DNA of 64,000 nucleotides from an uncultured Pseudomonadales bacterium (GTDB lineage Bacteria > Patescibacteriota > Microgenomatia > UBA1400 > Chazhemtobacteraceae), in assembly GCA_964422035.1 (NCBI GenBank), contig CAYQZQ010000001.1, forward strand, positions 441,013 to 505,012. The letters are read 5' to 3'. The notes under the pieces were generated by a model that saw only the letters and a program-made list of their open reading frames with translations, did no database searches and was not told the DNA's origin. The translations under genes and the position numbers were made by a program. This document shows, piece by piece, positions 63,920 to 64,000 of the stretch (the first letter of the stretch is position 1; the number at the start of each line of letters is the position of its first letter).

Positions 63920-64000
63920 TTGATTTAAAGAAGAGATGAGATCCTTTCTCTTGGTATCTTTGGTGAAAGACTGATAATGAAGAAGGAGGCGGACCCAGAG

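Overview
This is a low-GC bacterial chromosomal segment (~40% GC). Genes are compact, Shine-Dalgarno sites are strong, and many housekeeping proteins are shortened: AspRS lacks the GAD insertion, Rel is ~490 aa, ProRS ~418 aa. That pattern is consistent with a reduced-genome, uncultivated lineage, but this is an inference.

Content from left to right:
- 121-565: a degraded GDP-fucose-synthase-type epimerase remnant.
- ~2.2-13.3 kb: a thiol/sulfur/lipoate supercluster. It holds two paralogous split lipoate-protein ligase pairs (LplA-N plus LplA-C), lipoyl synthase LipA, an orphan GcvH-like lipoyl carrier, and DUF169. It also holds a TusA-like protein, a TusD/TusC/TusB (DsrE/F/H)-like triad, a YeeE/YedE sulfur transporter, a secreted thioredoxin, and a thioredoxin-CcdA/DsbD-like membrane fusion. 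Between the two halves sit a frameshifted PadR regulator, a cupin and an ABC-2 exporter. A conserved ~45-nt motif lies upstream of both operon halves.
- Next come a two-component system, an ArsR / thioredoxin-like / DUF318 permease trio, tRNA-Glu(CTC), a ZIP transporter with a His-rich tail, an HNH nuclease, and housekeeping genes (proS, lgt, lon, dtd, rarA).
- 28.1-31.1 kb: an RNA-end/nucleotide hydrolase cluster (2H phosphoesterase LigT, NYN, two Nudix).
- ~31.6-44.1 kb: a candidate genomic island. It is bounded by tRNA-Gln(CTG) with homologous downstream flanks and two tRNA 3'-end-like pseudo-fragments. It carries an 8-gene plus-strand biosynthetic-like operon: TrpD-like phosphoribosyltransferase, PaaK-like adenylating ligase, ProA/ALDH-like reductase, RibD_C-type reductase, a truncated TrpRS-like paralog, a SAM methyltransferase, an APH-type kinase and a GT1 glycosyltransferase. 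Divergent from the operon are a full TrpRS and a Ham1 ITPase.
- The rest: DUF2207, GluRS, a DD-carboxypeptidase, AspRS, Rel, RecJ, CCA-adding enzyme, three tandem tiny membrane peptides, SecDF, an AbrB/MazE-like small ORF coupled to a wHTH-NTase-like protein, DUF3048 and DUF4446.

No CRISPR array, rRNA, integrase or transposase was recognised.
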